A stretch of DNA of 41,923 bases from Octopus bimaculoides. Its lineage: Eukaryota. The stretch lies in contig NC_068990.1 in assembly GCF_001194135.2 (NCBI RefSeq), positions 17,043,910-17,085,832 on the forward strand, in the 5' to 3' direction. Positions 22,936 to 34,174 of the stretch are shown one piece after another (positions within the stretch are counted from its first letter, which is position 1; each line of letters starts with the position of its first letter). The notes beneath the pieces were generated by a model, which searched no databases, was not told the DNA's origin, and saw nothing but the letters and a program-made list of their open reading frames with translations. A program made the translations under genes and the position numbers.

Positions 22936-23541
22936 ATGTATATAGTATTCCATTGTTTCTAAACCAAACCCAAAAGCACATCAAAATCTTTGTCATTGTG
23001 AAGCATGAAGGCAAACATTTCCCGGTGAAGTGATCTCAACAGGAAGTGATGGAGCACTTGTGTCATCATTGACATAATGTAAAAAGATAGGGTGGAGGTG
23101 GCCGCCGAAGGAGGAGAAACTCGTCTACGACTGGGAAGATGTGGTAGAAAACAAAACAAAAGAGACTCCACTGTATAACAGGGGTTTCTATCGATTCCTT
23201 AACCTTGAACAAGAATGGGGAATATAAAATGTGAGTTACTGATAACTGTGTGGCATTTTCTTTAGTGCTATAACACTTAAAGCTGTTCATTGGCTTTATT
23301 TCGTATTTGTTAATAAAGAACATTATTGTCCAAAGTAACCCTAAACTAGAGGTTATTTGAACAGCGACAATTATATTTAAAAAAGTGATCAAATATTGAC
23401 TGCAACTTATTTTTATTTCATATATCAGTTTACCTATTTAGTCCCCCTAATATAATCAAATTTAGTTAAGATTGAAAGAAATGGTTATGAAATTATTGCA
23501 ATAAGAAATCTAAAACTATTCAAAGTAACCCCGTTTCACGG
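21840..23541 (+). mobile_element. Internally deleted pogo/Tigger-like DNA transposon, ~1.7 kb, TA TSD
   Basis: Left TIR (a)cgtgaaatggagtaactttgaa; right TIR (reverse complement) ccgtgaaacggggttactttgaa. TA at 21838-39 and 23542-43. Contains a transposase remnant. Confidence 0.85.
22312..23226 (+). pseudogene. pogo-family (DDE_1/CENP-B-like) transposase C-terminal remnant
   Basis: In frame: LLLNSTHMLQPLD (cf. pogo LPPNSTHLLQPLD)...KDAFPALL...NLENGFMKCGIHP, a basic KKRRKK patch and an acidic tract. After a (TA)n(TG)n insertion at 22878-22940 it reads FVIVKHEGKHF/PGEV...GWRWPPKEEKLVYDWEDVV...NRGFY. Contains stops and a frameshift. Confidence 0.8.
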
Positions 23542-23690
23542 TATTGAGTTCACAATTCCGCCGAGGCCACCAACTTTGCCTTTCATCCTTTCGAAGTCGA
23601 TAAAATAAGTACCAGCTGAGCCTTGGGGTCGATGCTATCGACTTATCCTCCTCCCCTGAAATTGCTGGCCCTGTGCCAAAATTTGAAACC
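23542..23690 (+). mobile_element. SINE family A, 3' half
   Basis: TAttgagttcacaattccgccgagg...ctttgcctttcatcctttcgaagtcgataaaataagtaccag...aaatttgaaacc. Confidence 0.85.
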
Positions 23691-24479
23691 AATATATAGG
23701 CACAACGATACTGTAAATGGCTACCCCTCCCCTATAATACCAATTTAGTTTACTTATAACTTTCCGAAAAATGCATGCTTTTGAACGAAATTTTGCGCGA
23801 TACGTTTACGAGGGTATCGATTGCAATTACGGCGATAACCTTGTTGCTTATCCTTTCTAAAAGTTTTGAATCAATCTTCTCGATTTTGATTCTTCATAAC
23901 TCTCTTTAAAATGCTTATTTTTAAACGAGATTCTACAGAAATATATTTTCCAGAATAGATAATATAATGTTGTTTCAAAATATAAAAAGAAATAAGAAGG
24001 AAAGNNNNNNNNNNNNNNNNNNNNNNNNNNNNNNNNNNNNNNNNNNNNNNNNNNNNNNNNNNNNNNNNNNNNNNNNNNNNNNNNNNNNNNNNNNNNNNNN
24101 NNNNNNNNNNNNNNNNNNNNNNNNNNNNNNNNNNNNNNNNNNNNNNNNNNNNNNNNNNNNNNNNNNNNNNNNNNNNNNNNNNNNNNNNNNNNNNNNNNNN
24201 NNNNNNNNNNNNNNNNNNNNNNNNNNNNNNNNNNNNNNNNNNNNNNNNNNNNNNNNNNNNNNNNNNNNNNNNNNNNNNNNNNNNNNNNNNNNNNNNNNNN
24301 NNNNNNNNNNNNNNNNNNNNNNNNNNNNNNNNNNNNNNNNNNNNNNNNNNNNNNNNNNNNNNNNNNNNNNNNNNNNNNNNNNNNNNNNNNNNNNNNNNNN
24401 NNNNNNNNNNNNNNNNNNNNNNNNNNNNNNNNNNNNNNNNNNNNNNNNNNNNNNNNNNNNNNNNNNNNNNNNNNNNNNN

Positions 24480-24522
<43 letters not shown>

Positions 24523-24702
24523 AATATCGTAATGTAATGTAAATATTTGAAGAATTTTAATGGCTATTGTTAATTCTATGTCATGCTACTAAAAATACGA
24601 AACTGATTTCATACGGAAGAAAAAAAAGAGGATTGTATACGAAGACTTAGCACTCACTATGGCGAACTGCACAAACCATCGTCTTAGTAATATATGTTAA
24701 AG

Positions 24703-24925
24703 TTGGCGAGCTGGCAGAATCGTTAATACAGCGACCAAAATGCTTAGCAGCACTTCGTCGGTTTTCACGTTCTGAGTTCAAATTCGGCCGAGGTCGAGTT
24801 TGTCTTTCATCCTTTCGGAGACAACATAAGTCAATGTCTTTCATCCTTTCGGATACAAAATAAGTCAATAAAATAAGTACCAGTTGAACACTGAGATCCT
24901 CCCCCTTGTTCCAAAATTTGAAATC
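24703..24925 (+). mobile_element. SINE family A with an internal 34-bp tandem duplication
   Basis: tgtctttcatcctttcgga(g/t)acaa(c/a)ataagtcaa occurs at 24801-24834 and 24835-24868. Confidence 0.9.
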
Positions 24926-25152
24926 AGTATATGTATATTGTTGTTTGTGTGTGTGTGTGTGTGTGTGTNNNNNNNNNNNNNNNNNNNNNNNNNNNNNNNN
25001 NNNNNNNNNNNNNNNNNNNNNNNNNNNNNNNNNNNNNNNNNNNNNNNNNNNNNNNNNNNNNNNNNNNNNNNNNNNNNNNNNNNNNNNNNNNNNNNNNNNN
25101 NNNNNNNNNNNNNNNNNNNNNNNNNNNNNNNNNNNNNNNCAGACATTAAATG

Positions 25153-25191
<39 letters not shown>

Positions 25192-25304
25192 TAAAACCCC
25201 TCATTTCCATTATGCCATAGTCTCATGTCTCATAGTTGGTAGTTTTGCAAACTGTATGGCGACCTTACTTCTATTGGTGACACGAGACGAGAGAAGAACT
25301 CAGT

Positions 25305-25545
25305 AGATGGTTGGCATTAGGGAAGACTTACAGCCATTGAAACCATGCCAAAGTAGAAAATAGAGTAGTTAGAATATGTGCCGCCCTGATGAAAGCTTTG
25401 TCCGGGTCAGACCGCCTCGCCTTACTCGGCCAACAGCTCTTCCTGCTATGCTACTGCAGTGAAAAAAGATGCAGTCCTCGGATGCGTCGAAGCCTGTCAA
25501 ATCGCCCGACCCATACTAACAAGGAAGATGGCCGTTAAACGATTA
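25305..25545 (+). mobile_element. Degenerate SINE 3' body, possibly Meta-domain-like
   Basis: ggttggcattagggaagacttacagccattgaaaccatgccaaa...cctgtcaaatcgcccgacccatactaac...ggccgttaaacgat resembles the GGTTGGCGTTAGGAAGGGCATCC type of SINE segment (from recall). Confidence 0.4.
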
Positions 25546-26834
25546 CACCCACGCACGCACACACACACACGTGCTTATGTATATTTGTTTGTGCGTATGT
25601 GTGTGTGTGAGTAGGATTATATTTACACATACACACCACCTTTATATCATACAAAACTTCTTAAACATTCTTGCATAGAACGTGTATATATATCTACTCA
25701 CACACACACACGTGTGCGTGCGTGCGTGCGTGCGTACCGGCACTCGAAAACAAAATAGCGATAGTTGGTTTATTATCGGAAATCATTTTATGTTATTTAC
25801 TCTCTGATCTCCAGCAAGAGCTTTCAGTTCTTTTTTTTTCTTTCATCCACCCTCCCCTTCTTATCTAACCCTGCCCTCTTTCTCTCTCTTTTTCTCATTC
25901 CCTACCTCCATTTTCATTTCTTTCTCTCTCTCTCCCTCTTTCTCTGAACATTTTATTAATCAAATAATAGTCGGCTGCGAAGCTCCAGTTTCATATCCAC
26001 CACCATTAGTTGATATAAACAAGGAATGGTTGATATACACACACAAACAATCTACACACTATATAGATTTCCACTGTTGCTTGTTAATATTATTAGTATA
26101 TTTATTATATTACATTATTACATTACAGCGGAGTCACGTGTTAGCATAATAATAATATTGATCCGTTGTAATGGACATATAGAACCGGGAGGGCTGGAGA
26201 GAAGATACAGTTGATAATAAACAATCAGGCACAATATGATATTACTGCAGTGGATTCGACTTTGGGGATTGGCGAACGTGACCCTAATAAGCCCAATGGT
26301 AGATTTATCTAATTTATTTTAAATAGCTATTCGTGCGTTGCCTGATGTTTACTCTCGTGTATACATATCAATGTCCACGCATGAAGATACACACAGAGTT
26401 TCAAACTCCATTTGTGTTCCTATTTATACCAACGCACATCTGGAACCAGTCCCGCGTTGGATCTACTGTTTAAATTGGATTTGGTATTTGCATATCTACA
26501 GTATGAGACCTTCATGGTTGTTTTACCTCACTACGAACCCCACGTAACTGTACCTAGCCATTTGTATGTGTTGATGCGCCTTAATCCTGATAATTACTAT
26601 TATTAATCTATATCTACACACACACACACACACACATTGTTTAATACAATGTGACTCAGCTCCATGCAAATTAAAGTTTCTTTTTTCTACAACCCTACGA
26701 GACTAAGTTGCTTAGAGGTGAGTGAAACTGTTATTAAATGATATACGTTAACTCCTACCAAATGTGTTGAGTGCCACTTTCTGTCGCTTGTCCATCCTTT
26801 CATTATATATATATATATATACAATATATCAGTA

Positions 26835-26950
26835 AAGGCATGTATTTATGGTTTCGGGTTCAATTCCACAACGCGGCATCTTGGGTAAGTGTCTTTTAGT
26901 ATAGCCCTGAGCTAACCAATGCCTTGCGAGTGGATTTGGCTGGTAGAAAC
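26835..26950 (+). mobile_element. SINE family B head fragment
   Basis: tggtttcgggttcaattccac...catcttgggtaagtgtcttttagtatagccc...gccttgcgagtggatttgg. Confidence 0.75.
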
Positions 26951-27027
26951 CTTGCGGTAGCTCGGCGCCCGCCCGCGCGCAATCACGGCAGAATGAAATT
27001 GCGGAGATAGCGTTACTACCATTAGTG

Positions 27028-27400
27028 AAGATGTGTGGTCTAGTGGTGAATTTATTGGGTTGTCCCGAAAGTTCGTGCCGATTTTTAAAGGAAAGAAAAA
27101 AGTCAATAAATACTTGCCATTACATTTTTAATCAACCAAATATGAACCAATTTGTTGCACAATGCGTCTCCATCTTTCCTTTAACTTAAAAATAACCTCT
27201 TCCCAGAACTGAGGTGGTTTAATGGGAAATAAGTCGAAAGGTGAGCTACTATAAATCGGCACGAACTTTCCGGACAAGCCAATACTTGGCTCACACTTAC
27301 AATGTTGTCCGTTCAATTCTTGGATCGGGCGACACGTGATGTCTTTCAACAAAGTACTTCACTTCACATCGCTCCAGTTTATTCAGCTGAAAGTGATAAC
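27028..27400 (+). mobile_element. Old D/E-type SINE head split by the mariner insertion
   Basis: gatgtgtggtctagtggtgaattTA [insert] TActtggctcac...ccgttcaattc...tgtctttcaacaaagtacttcacttcacatcgctccag. Confidence 0.6.
27055..27282 (-). mobile_element. mariner deletion derivative, 228 bp, TA TSD, retaining the transposase C-terminus
   Basis: TIR TTGG(G/C)TTGTCC(C/G)GAAAGTTCGTGCCGATTT. The minus strand encodes KPPQFWEEVIFKLKERWRRIVQQIGSYLVD*, a typical mariner C-terminus. Confidence 0.9.
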
Positions 27401-27979
27401 CAGCAGAATAGTGCGCTTCTCTCCCTCTCTCTCTCCCTCTCTCTCTCCCTCTCTCTCTCTCTTTCTCTCTTCTCTCTTTCTCCCTCCCTCCCTTCAGCCG
27501 TCACATTCTAATTGTATTATTGGGTCAAGGTTCAGTAGAATTAAGAGAATCTCTATATGTTAACTCAAGAGTACATAGTTACTTAAAACAATCACCAAAT
27601 GCATTAAATATGTTACAAAGCTGTACTCGTTTGCGAGTGATGGCTGACTCTTTTTTCCAACTATCCACACCTCGAGATGAAACCAAGAGCTTCAGAACAA
27701 GAATTCTACGGCTCTTATATCTAAACCATAGATCCTTATTTCTTTCCCTTATCATAGGATGTACTGGGCAACGTAACAACAGGTCTACACAACAGCCTAG
27801 AAATCCAAGGATCACCAAAAGAAAAAAAGAAAAATATGTGAGCGGAGGTGGGATCAGAGCAGACTGATTAACATTCTCCAAATACTTTCAGAAGTATAGT
27901 GAAAATGTGTAGAACATTTCAGGGATTCTCCATTTGAGGTTCCTGGGTGAACACGTACACACAATCACATATGCATATG

Positions 27980-28059
<80 letters not shown>

Positions 28060-28538
28060 ACACACCCTTGTACTATAAAGTGACTTGCACACCACTACAC
28101 AGCTGCAAGTTTATCCATGCGCACATACATGTACACAACACAAACACACATATGCCAGCATCAACATATGTACATACATCACATATGTACATCAACATCT
28201 CAAACGATTGTAGTTTCGTTCATTCCGTTTTCCATCATTTATCTCTTAATATAAACTGTACGGAGGCTATGGAATTCCAGGTGTATATCCAACAACAGGA
28301 GCATTTCCACTGTATGATGACATCAGGTAGCCAATAACCAAGGATGAGCTTTGCATAGCATTCTACAAGGTTTTTACCTGAATCTCATTTAACATCAACC
28401 AATTCAGATATCCCAAAATTCAAAAACTGTCTTGACCAAAACACAAGGGTGTTGCCACTCTGTTAGCGACCAGTTTGAATTCTGCAAAGGAAAAATCTTA
28501 AAATAAATCTCAAAGAAATATATGTCTGCATGATTTAA

Positions 28539-28832
28539 GTGGCACTCCGTCAGTTGCGACGACGAGTGTTCAAGTTGATCCGATCAACGGAACAACCTGC
28601 TCGTGAAATTAACGTGCGAAGTGCGAATGGCTGAGCATTCCACAGACACACATACCCTTCACAGAGTTCTCAAGGAGATTCAGCGTGACACAGAATGTGA
28701 CAAGGCTGTCCCTTTTGAATTACAGGTACATGAAATAAAGTGCTTTGCTCAAGGACACAACTTGCCGTCGGGAGTCGAACTCACAACCTTACCATCGTGA
28801 GCCGAATGCCCTAATCATTAAGTCACACACCT
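28539..28832 (-). mobile_element. tRNA-derived SINE family D
   Basis: Head with gagttcgactccc and tgtgtccttgagcaaagcactttatttc. The body matches the + copy at 39362-39637. Confidence 0.85.
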
Positions 28833-28835
28833 TCA

Positions 28836-29280
28836 CTACATACATACATACATACATACATACATACATACATACATACATGCGTGCGTGCATTCATAGA
28901 TGCATACATACATCCATACATACATATACCCACACATCCATACACATACATTCACATATATATACATACACACACACACGCATACACACATACATGCATG
29001 CATGCATACATACATACATACATGCACACATGCGTGCGTGCATTCATAGATGCATACATGCATCCATACATACATATACCCACACATCCATACACATACA
29101 TTCATGTATACATACATACGTACATAATACATACATACATACATACATGCACACATGCGTGCATGCATTCATAGATGCATACATGCATCCATACATACAT
29201 ATATACATACATACAAACATACATACAAACATACATACATACATACATACATACATACATGAATGCATGCATGTATGCAT
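28836..29280. repeat. (CATA)-derived compound microsatellite with higher-order units of ~120-150 bp, x3
   Basis: atgcgtgc(g/a)tgcattcatagatgcatacat recurs near 28880, 29032 and 29155. Confidence 0.85.
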
Positions 29281-30191
29281 AACAGTAGCTGAACCAACAG
29301 TTGTTTTTGCTAGAGGTGAATATCTTCTCGGCAGCATATATCACCTACGTCATCCAGCAGCTCCCTCTCTCTCTTCCTTTACAAACACACACACACAACT
29401 GCACACACACACACACACACACACACAACTGCACACATACACACACACACACACANNNNNNNNNNNNNNNNNNNNNNNNNNNNNNNNNNNNNNNNNNNNN
29501 NNNNNNNNNNNNNNNNNNNNNNNNNNNNNNNNNNNNNNNNNNNNNNNNNNNNNNNNNNNNNNNNNNNNNNNNNNNNNNNNNNNNNNNNNNNNNNNNNNNN
29601 NNNNNNNNNNNNNNNNNNNNNNNNNNNNNNNNNNNNNNNNNNNNNNNNNNNNNNNNNNNNNNNNNNNNNNNNNNNNNNNNNNNNNNNNNNNNNNNNNNNN
29701 NNNNNNNNNNNNNNNNNNNNNNNNNNNNNNNNNNNNNNNNNNNNNNNNNNNNNNNNNNNNNNNNNNNNNNNNNNNNNNNNNNNNNNNNNNNNNNNNNNNN
29801 NNNNNNNNNNNNNNNNNNNNNNNNNNNNNNNNNNNNNNNNNNNNNNNNNNNNNNNNNNNNNNNNNNNNNNNNNNNNNNNNNNNNNNNNNNNNNNNNNNNN
29901 NNNNNNNNNNNNNNNNNNNNNNNNNNNNNNNNNNNNNNNNNNNNNNNNNNNNNNNNNNNNNNNNNNNNNNNNNNNNNNNNNNNNNNNNNNNNNNNNNNNN
30001 NNNNNNNNNNNNNNNNNNNNNNNNNNNNNNNNNNNNNNNNNNNNNNNNNNNNNNNNNNNNNNNNNNNNNNNNNNNNNNNNNNNNNNNNNNNNNNNNNNNN
30101 NAAAGTCACGTGCGCAGACGATGATGAAGTACGAGTGATGTTTTTATTTTGTTTTATATTTATAATTTATTTATCATCACCATTATTGTTA

Positions 30192-30239
<48 letters not shown>

Positions 30240-32159
30240 TATTATTTGGAAAGCTTGGCTGGTTGTTTGTCTTCAAACAAAGGATCGTGCTGCTGTCAAA
30301 ACTGTAGCCATATTCACGGTTTCATGTGACATTCATTCATTTATTTACTCATCCATTATTTATTCACTCATTCATTATTGATAATTATATAAAAATAAAA
30401 CAAATAAAAACAATTTCGCGGGTGGGTAGGGAAATGTCAGATTTAGCTATCGGCTTGGCAGGCTGAAACCCAGGGCGTTATAATCTATGGAGCTTTCAGC
30501 CAAGTTGTGTAATGTTTTTGACACTGTCATAGGCCCCTAGGGAAGATGGGGGTGTAAGTCTCATTAGTAGAACAGCCTGGGGCTTCCCTTCATCTAAATC
30601 TGTCATAGGGATGGGAGGAAAGGTAGGCGAGATGAAAGAACTAACAAATAAATAAAGAGACGTCTGTTTGTTTATATCGAAAAATTTATTTGGTGCGAGC
30701 GTTTAGTTGTGATTTACTGCCGGTAAATTGTGTCAGCGATTTTGGTTCGATTCTCGGCTCAACTATCGCAACATATGCATTTATAATCGTTTGCAGTTGC
30801 TATATCCGACCGGAAGTTATAAACTGACCAAAGAGAGTAGAGAATTTTAGCCTTGACTTTTGACACACTACAAAAAGAGGAAGTCTTTGACGATGATGTA
30901 CTACCTACATAAGAGTGACAGGATGTCTTCATTGAAATTCAGGTTTTTTTTTGTTCTCTTTTAGTCACGAGGGAAAATAGTGCACATGACCATTTACAAG
31001 GCCTCCAACACTATTGGGGAAGAGGAAGCCATCCTCAAACCGGAAATCCAACCGAAATGCTTGCAACGAAATGGACTCTATTGAAACCATCCAAGATACC
31101 AGGTGGCGGTGTTAAGTCCACCACTTAAATAAACCGTAGCGAGATTTGGACTCAAAATGCAAAGAACCGGAACAGATATCGCTAGATATCCGGTCTGACG
31201 ATCTTACACTTCCGTTACAGGTATTTCACATGTGTTCAGAACGTTTTATACAAATTTAGCAGCAGTACACCAAGCTGTTGGATGGAATGGGGGTGGGGAA
31301 TAGATTCCCGATTAATCCATCATTGGCATCTACTTTTAATTACATCAGATCAAGTAATTTGTTTCTTATATTCAGATAAATATCGATAAATACTTTTTAA
31401 CGAATAATGGTAACGAATGATATGTACGAAATAGATATAGAGGAGTCTCTAAAGAAGCAGCGAAGTATTTAGCCAGCCCAGCTAGATGAATAACGAGATA
31501 GAGAGAAAGAGTGGGGGGGGGGAGAAATGGATAGATAGAAAANNNNNNNNNNNNNNNNNNNNNNNNNNNNNNNNNNNNNNNNNNNNNNNNNNNNNNNNNN
31601 NNNNNNNNNNNNNNNNNNNNNNNNNNNNNNNNNNNNNNNNNNNNNNNNNNNNNNNNNNNNNNNNNNNNNNNNNNNNNNNNNNNNNNNNNNNNNNNNNNNN
31701 NNNNNNNNNNNNNNNNNNNNNNNNNNNNNNNNNNNNNNNNNNNNNNNNNNNNNNNNNNNNNNNNNNNNNNNNNNNNNNNNNNNNNNNNNNNNNNNNNNNN
31801 NNNNNNNNNNNNNNNNNNNNNNNNNNNNNNNNNNNNNNNNNNNNNNNNNNNNNNNNNNNNNNNNNNNNNNNNNNNNNNNNNNNNNNNNNNNNNNNNNNNN
31901 NNNNNNNNNNNNNNNNNNNNNNNNNNNNNNNNNNNNNNNNNNNNNNNNNNNNNNNNNNNNNNNNNNNNNNNNNNNNNNNNNNNNNNNNNNNNNNNNNNNN
32001 NNNNNNNNNNNNNNNNNNNNNNNNNNNNNNNNNNNNNNNNNNNNNNNNNNNNNNNNNNNNNNNNNNNNNNNNNNNNNNNNNNNNNNNNNNNNNNNNNNNN
32101 NNNNNNNNNNNNNNNNNNNNNNNNNNNNNNNNNNNNNNNNNNNNNNNNNNNNNNNNNNN

Positions 32160-32222
<63 letters not shown>

Positions 32223-32416
32223 TATATATAATGAACAAGGTGTTAGAGGCAAAGGATAACAATGATGTGATTTCCACTTTAGGTAGCCAGGACTAAAATA
32301 GAATCAAGTTCTTCTAAATTCCTGAAAGTTTCTAATAGTCTCTAACTAGGGCGGTGATAGAGGTTACGCACATCCTTCTCTGATGATACTACACGATCAA
32401 GTGTACATATTCACCT

Positions 32417-32580
32417 ATACAGGTGTGGTTGTGTGGATAAGAAACTCGTTCTACAACAACGTGGTTTCAGGTTCGGTTCCACTGCGCACGGCACTGCAGC
32501 TTGGGCAAGTTCTACTATAGCTTCGAGTCGACCAATGCTTTGTAAATGAATTTGGTAAACGGAAACGGGATTGAAGCACG
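32417..32580 (+). mobile_element. SINE family B head
   Basis: aggtgtggttgtgtggataag...caggttcggttccactgcgc...cttgggcaagttctactatagc...gaatttggtaaacggaaac, followed by TG/GA repeats. Confidence 0.75.
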
Positions 32581-32670
32581 TCATGTGTGTATGTATGTGT
32601 GTGTGTGAGAGAGAGAGAGAGAGATTGTGTGTGTATGCATGTAGAGCATATGTATGTGCATATGTACATT

Positions 32671-32903
32671 CAATGTTGGCCAAAAGTCACCTGACAGTAA
32701 ATCTAAACCATTTGATTCCAAGATTTATCTGCGTTTAACAACTGAAGGAATTTAATAAAAGCAGCTAAATATGAAAAATCATGAAAATTGTTCAAACTGA
32801 AGTCCTTCCTGAGCGACATATTTTTTCATTCGCGTCAACACAGAATTACAGATAGTATTTATGGAATTTTGATTTACTATCGGTTGACTTTTGGTCAACC
32901 CTG
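32671..32903. mobile_element. Tc1/mariner-type MITE, 233 bp
   Basis: Left caatgttggccaaaagtcacctgacagtaaatc versus right (reverse complement) cagggttgaccaaaagtcaaccgatagtaaatc. TA on the right flank; the left TSD is degraded. Confidence 0.75.
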
Positions 32904-32909
32904 TATGTA

Positions 32910-34174
32910 TAGGGGTTGGACAAAATAATGGAAACACCTAGCATCATAATTTTTGAAATATCTATAAAACCGTCGAAAGCTTGTTTATTTTTATATTTTT
33001 TGATTTATTATTAGAGTTGCTTAATATGTTCTGATAAAATTGTTGTTTCTTTTCAGATATCATCAGAAAAAGTAATTAAAATTCATTAAAATGACAGATC
33101 TATCGGACTTTCAAAGAGGTCAAATTGTTGGTGCTCGTATGACAGACGCTTGCGTAACGAAAACAGCCGAAATGTTTGGTGTATCAAGAAGTACTGTCTC
33201 GAAAGTAATGACAGCCTTTGAGAAAGATGGAAAAATCTCCTCGTTGAAAAGAAACTTCAGAAGAAAACCAAAACTTTCAGATAGGGACCGTCGGACTCTT
33301 ACGCGAATTGTTAGAAAGGATCACAAAAGTACAGCCCCCAAAATTACTGCCGAGCTTAATGACCACCTCGAGAACCTAGTCTGCACAAAAACTGTTCGCC
33401 AGGAGCTGCACAAAGCCGGGTTTCACAGGAGGGCTGCAATCAGAAAACCACTACTTTCAAAAACAAACGTTGCAAAGCGTTTAGAGTGGAGTAAAAACCT
33501 ACAGGATTAGTCCCTAGAGCAGTGGAAGAATGTTATTTTCTTGGACGAGTTATTCTTTACCTTATTTCCGACCACTGGCCGAGTATACGTGTGGAGACAG
33601 CCAAAAGAAGCATTTGTCACAGACTGCCTTCTTCCAACTGTTAAACATGGAGGAAGATCTGTGATGATCTGGGGGCTATATCTTGGAAATCCGCCGGCCC
33701 AATGGTATCCCTTCATGGCAGAATTAATAGTCAAGACTATTTAAGCATTTTATCTGGTCAAATTCATCCTATGGTTGCGGAACTGTTTCTGGAGGGAAAT
33801 GCAATCTTTCAGGATGATAACGCACCAATTCACACAGCTAAAGTTGTTACTGAACGGCACAAGGAACATTCTAGTGAAGTTGAACATTTTATCTGGCCAC
33901 CACAGTCCCCAGATCTCAATATTATTGAACTTTTATGGTGCATTTTAGAAAAAACAAGTAAGGAGTCGATATCCTCCACCATCATCACTACAAGAACTGG
34001 AGACTGTTTTAACTGAAGAATGGACAAAAATTACTCTGGAAACAATTCAAACTTTGTACGAGTCCATACCTTGTAGAATTCAAGCTGTAATCACTGCCAA
34101 AGGTAGTACTACCCCATATTAAAATTAATTTGTTTGAAATTTTAAGGTGTTTCCATTAGTTTGTCCAACCCTAG
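32910..34174 (+). mobile_element. Full-length Tc1-like DNA transposon (DD36E), ~1.27 kb
   Basis: ~30-bp TIRs: TAGGGGTTGGACAAAATAATGGAAACACCT versus right (reverse complement) CTAGGGTTGGACAAACTAATGGAAACACCT. TA at 32908-09 and 34175-76. Confidence 0.95.
33091..34122 (+). pseudogene. Tc1-family transposase pseudogene, ~343 codons
   Basis: N-terminal HTH (RGQIVG...GVSRSTVSK), VIFLDE (D1 at 33544), FQDDNAPIH (D2 at 33816), WPPQSPDLNIIE (E at 33927) and C-terminus ESIPCRIQAVITAKGSTTPY*. Premature TAG at 33508-10 (W codon); frameshifts near 33670 and 33950. Confidence 0.95.

Noticed and set aside
23700-23960. Possible DNA-transposon internal fragment
   Set aside because: No TIR pair or TSD could be located, and the region runs into a gap.
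27520-27867. 115-aa ORF in non-repetitive sequence
   Set aside because: No recognisable motif in any frame and no clear splice context.
30700-30830. CpG-richer patch with an ETS-like ccggaagt motif as a promoter
   Set aside because: A single short motif with no downstream exon evidence.
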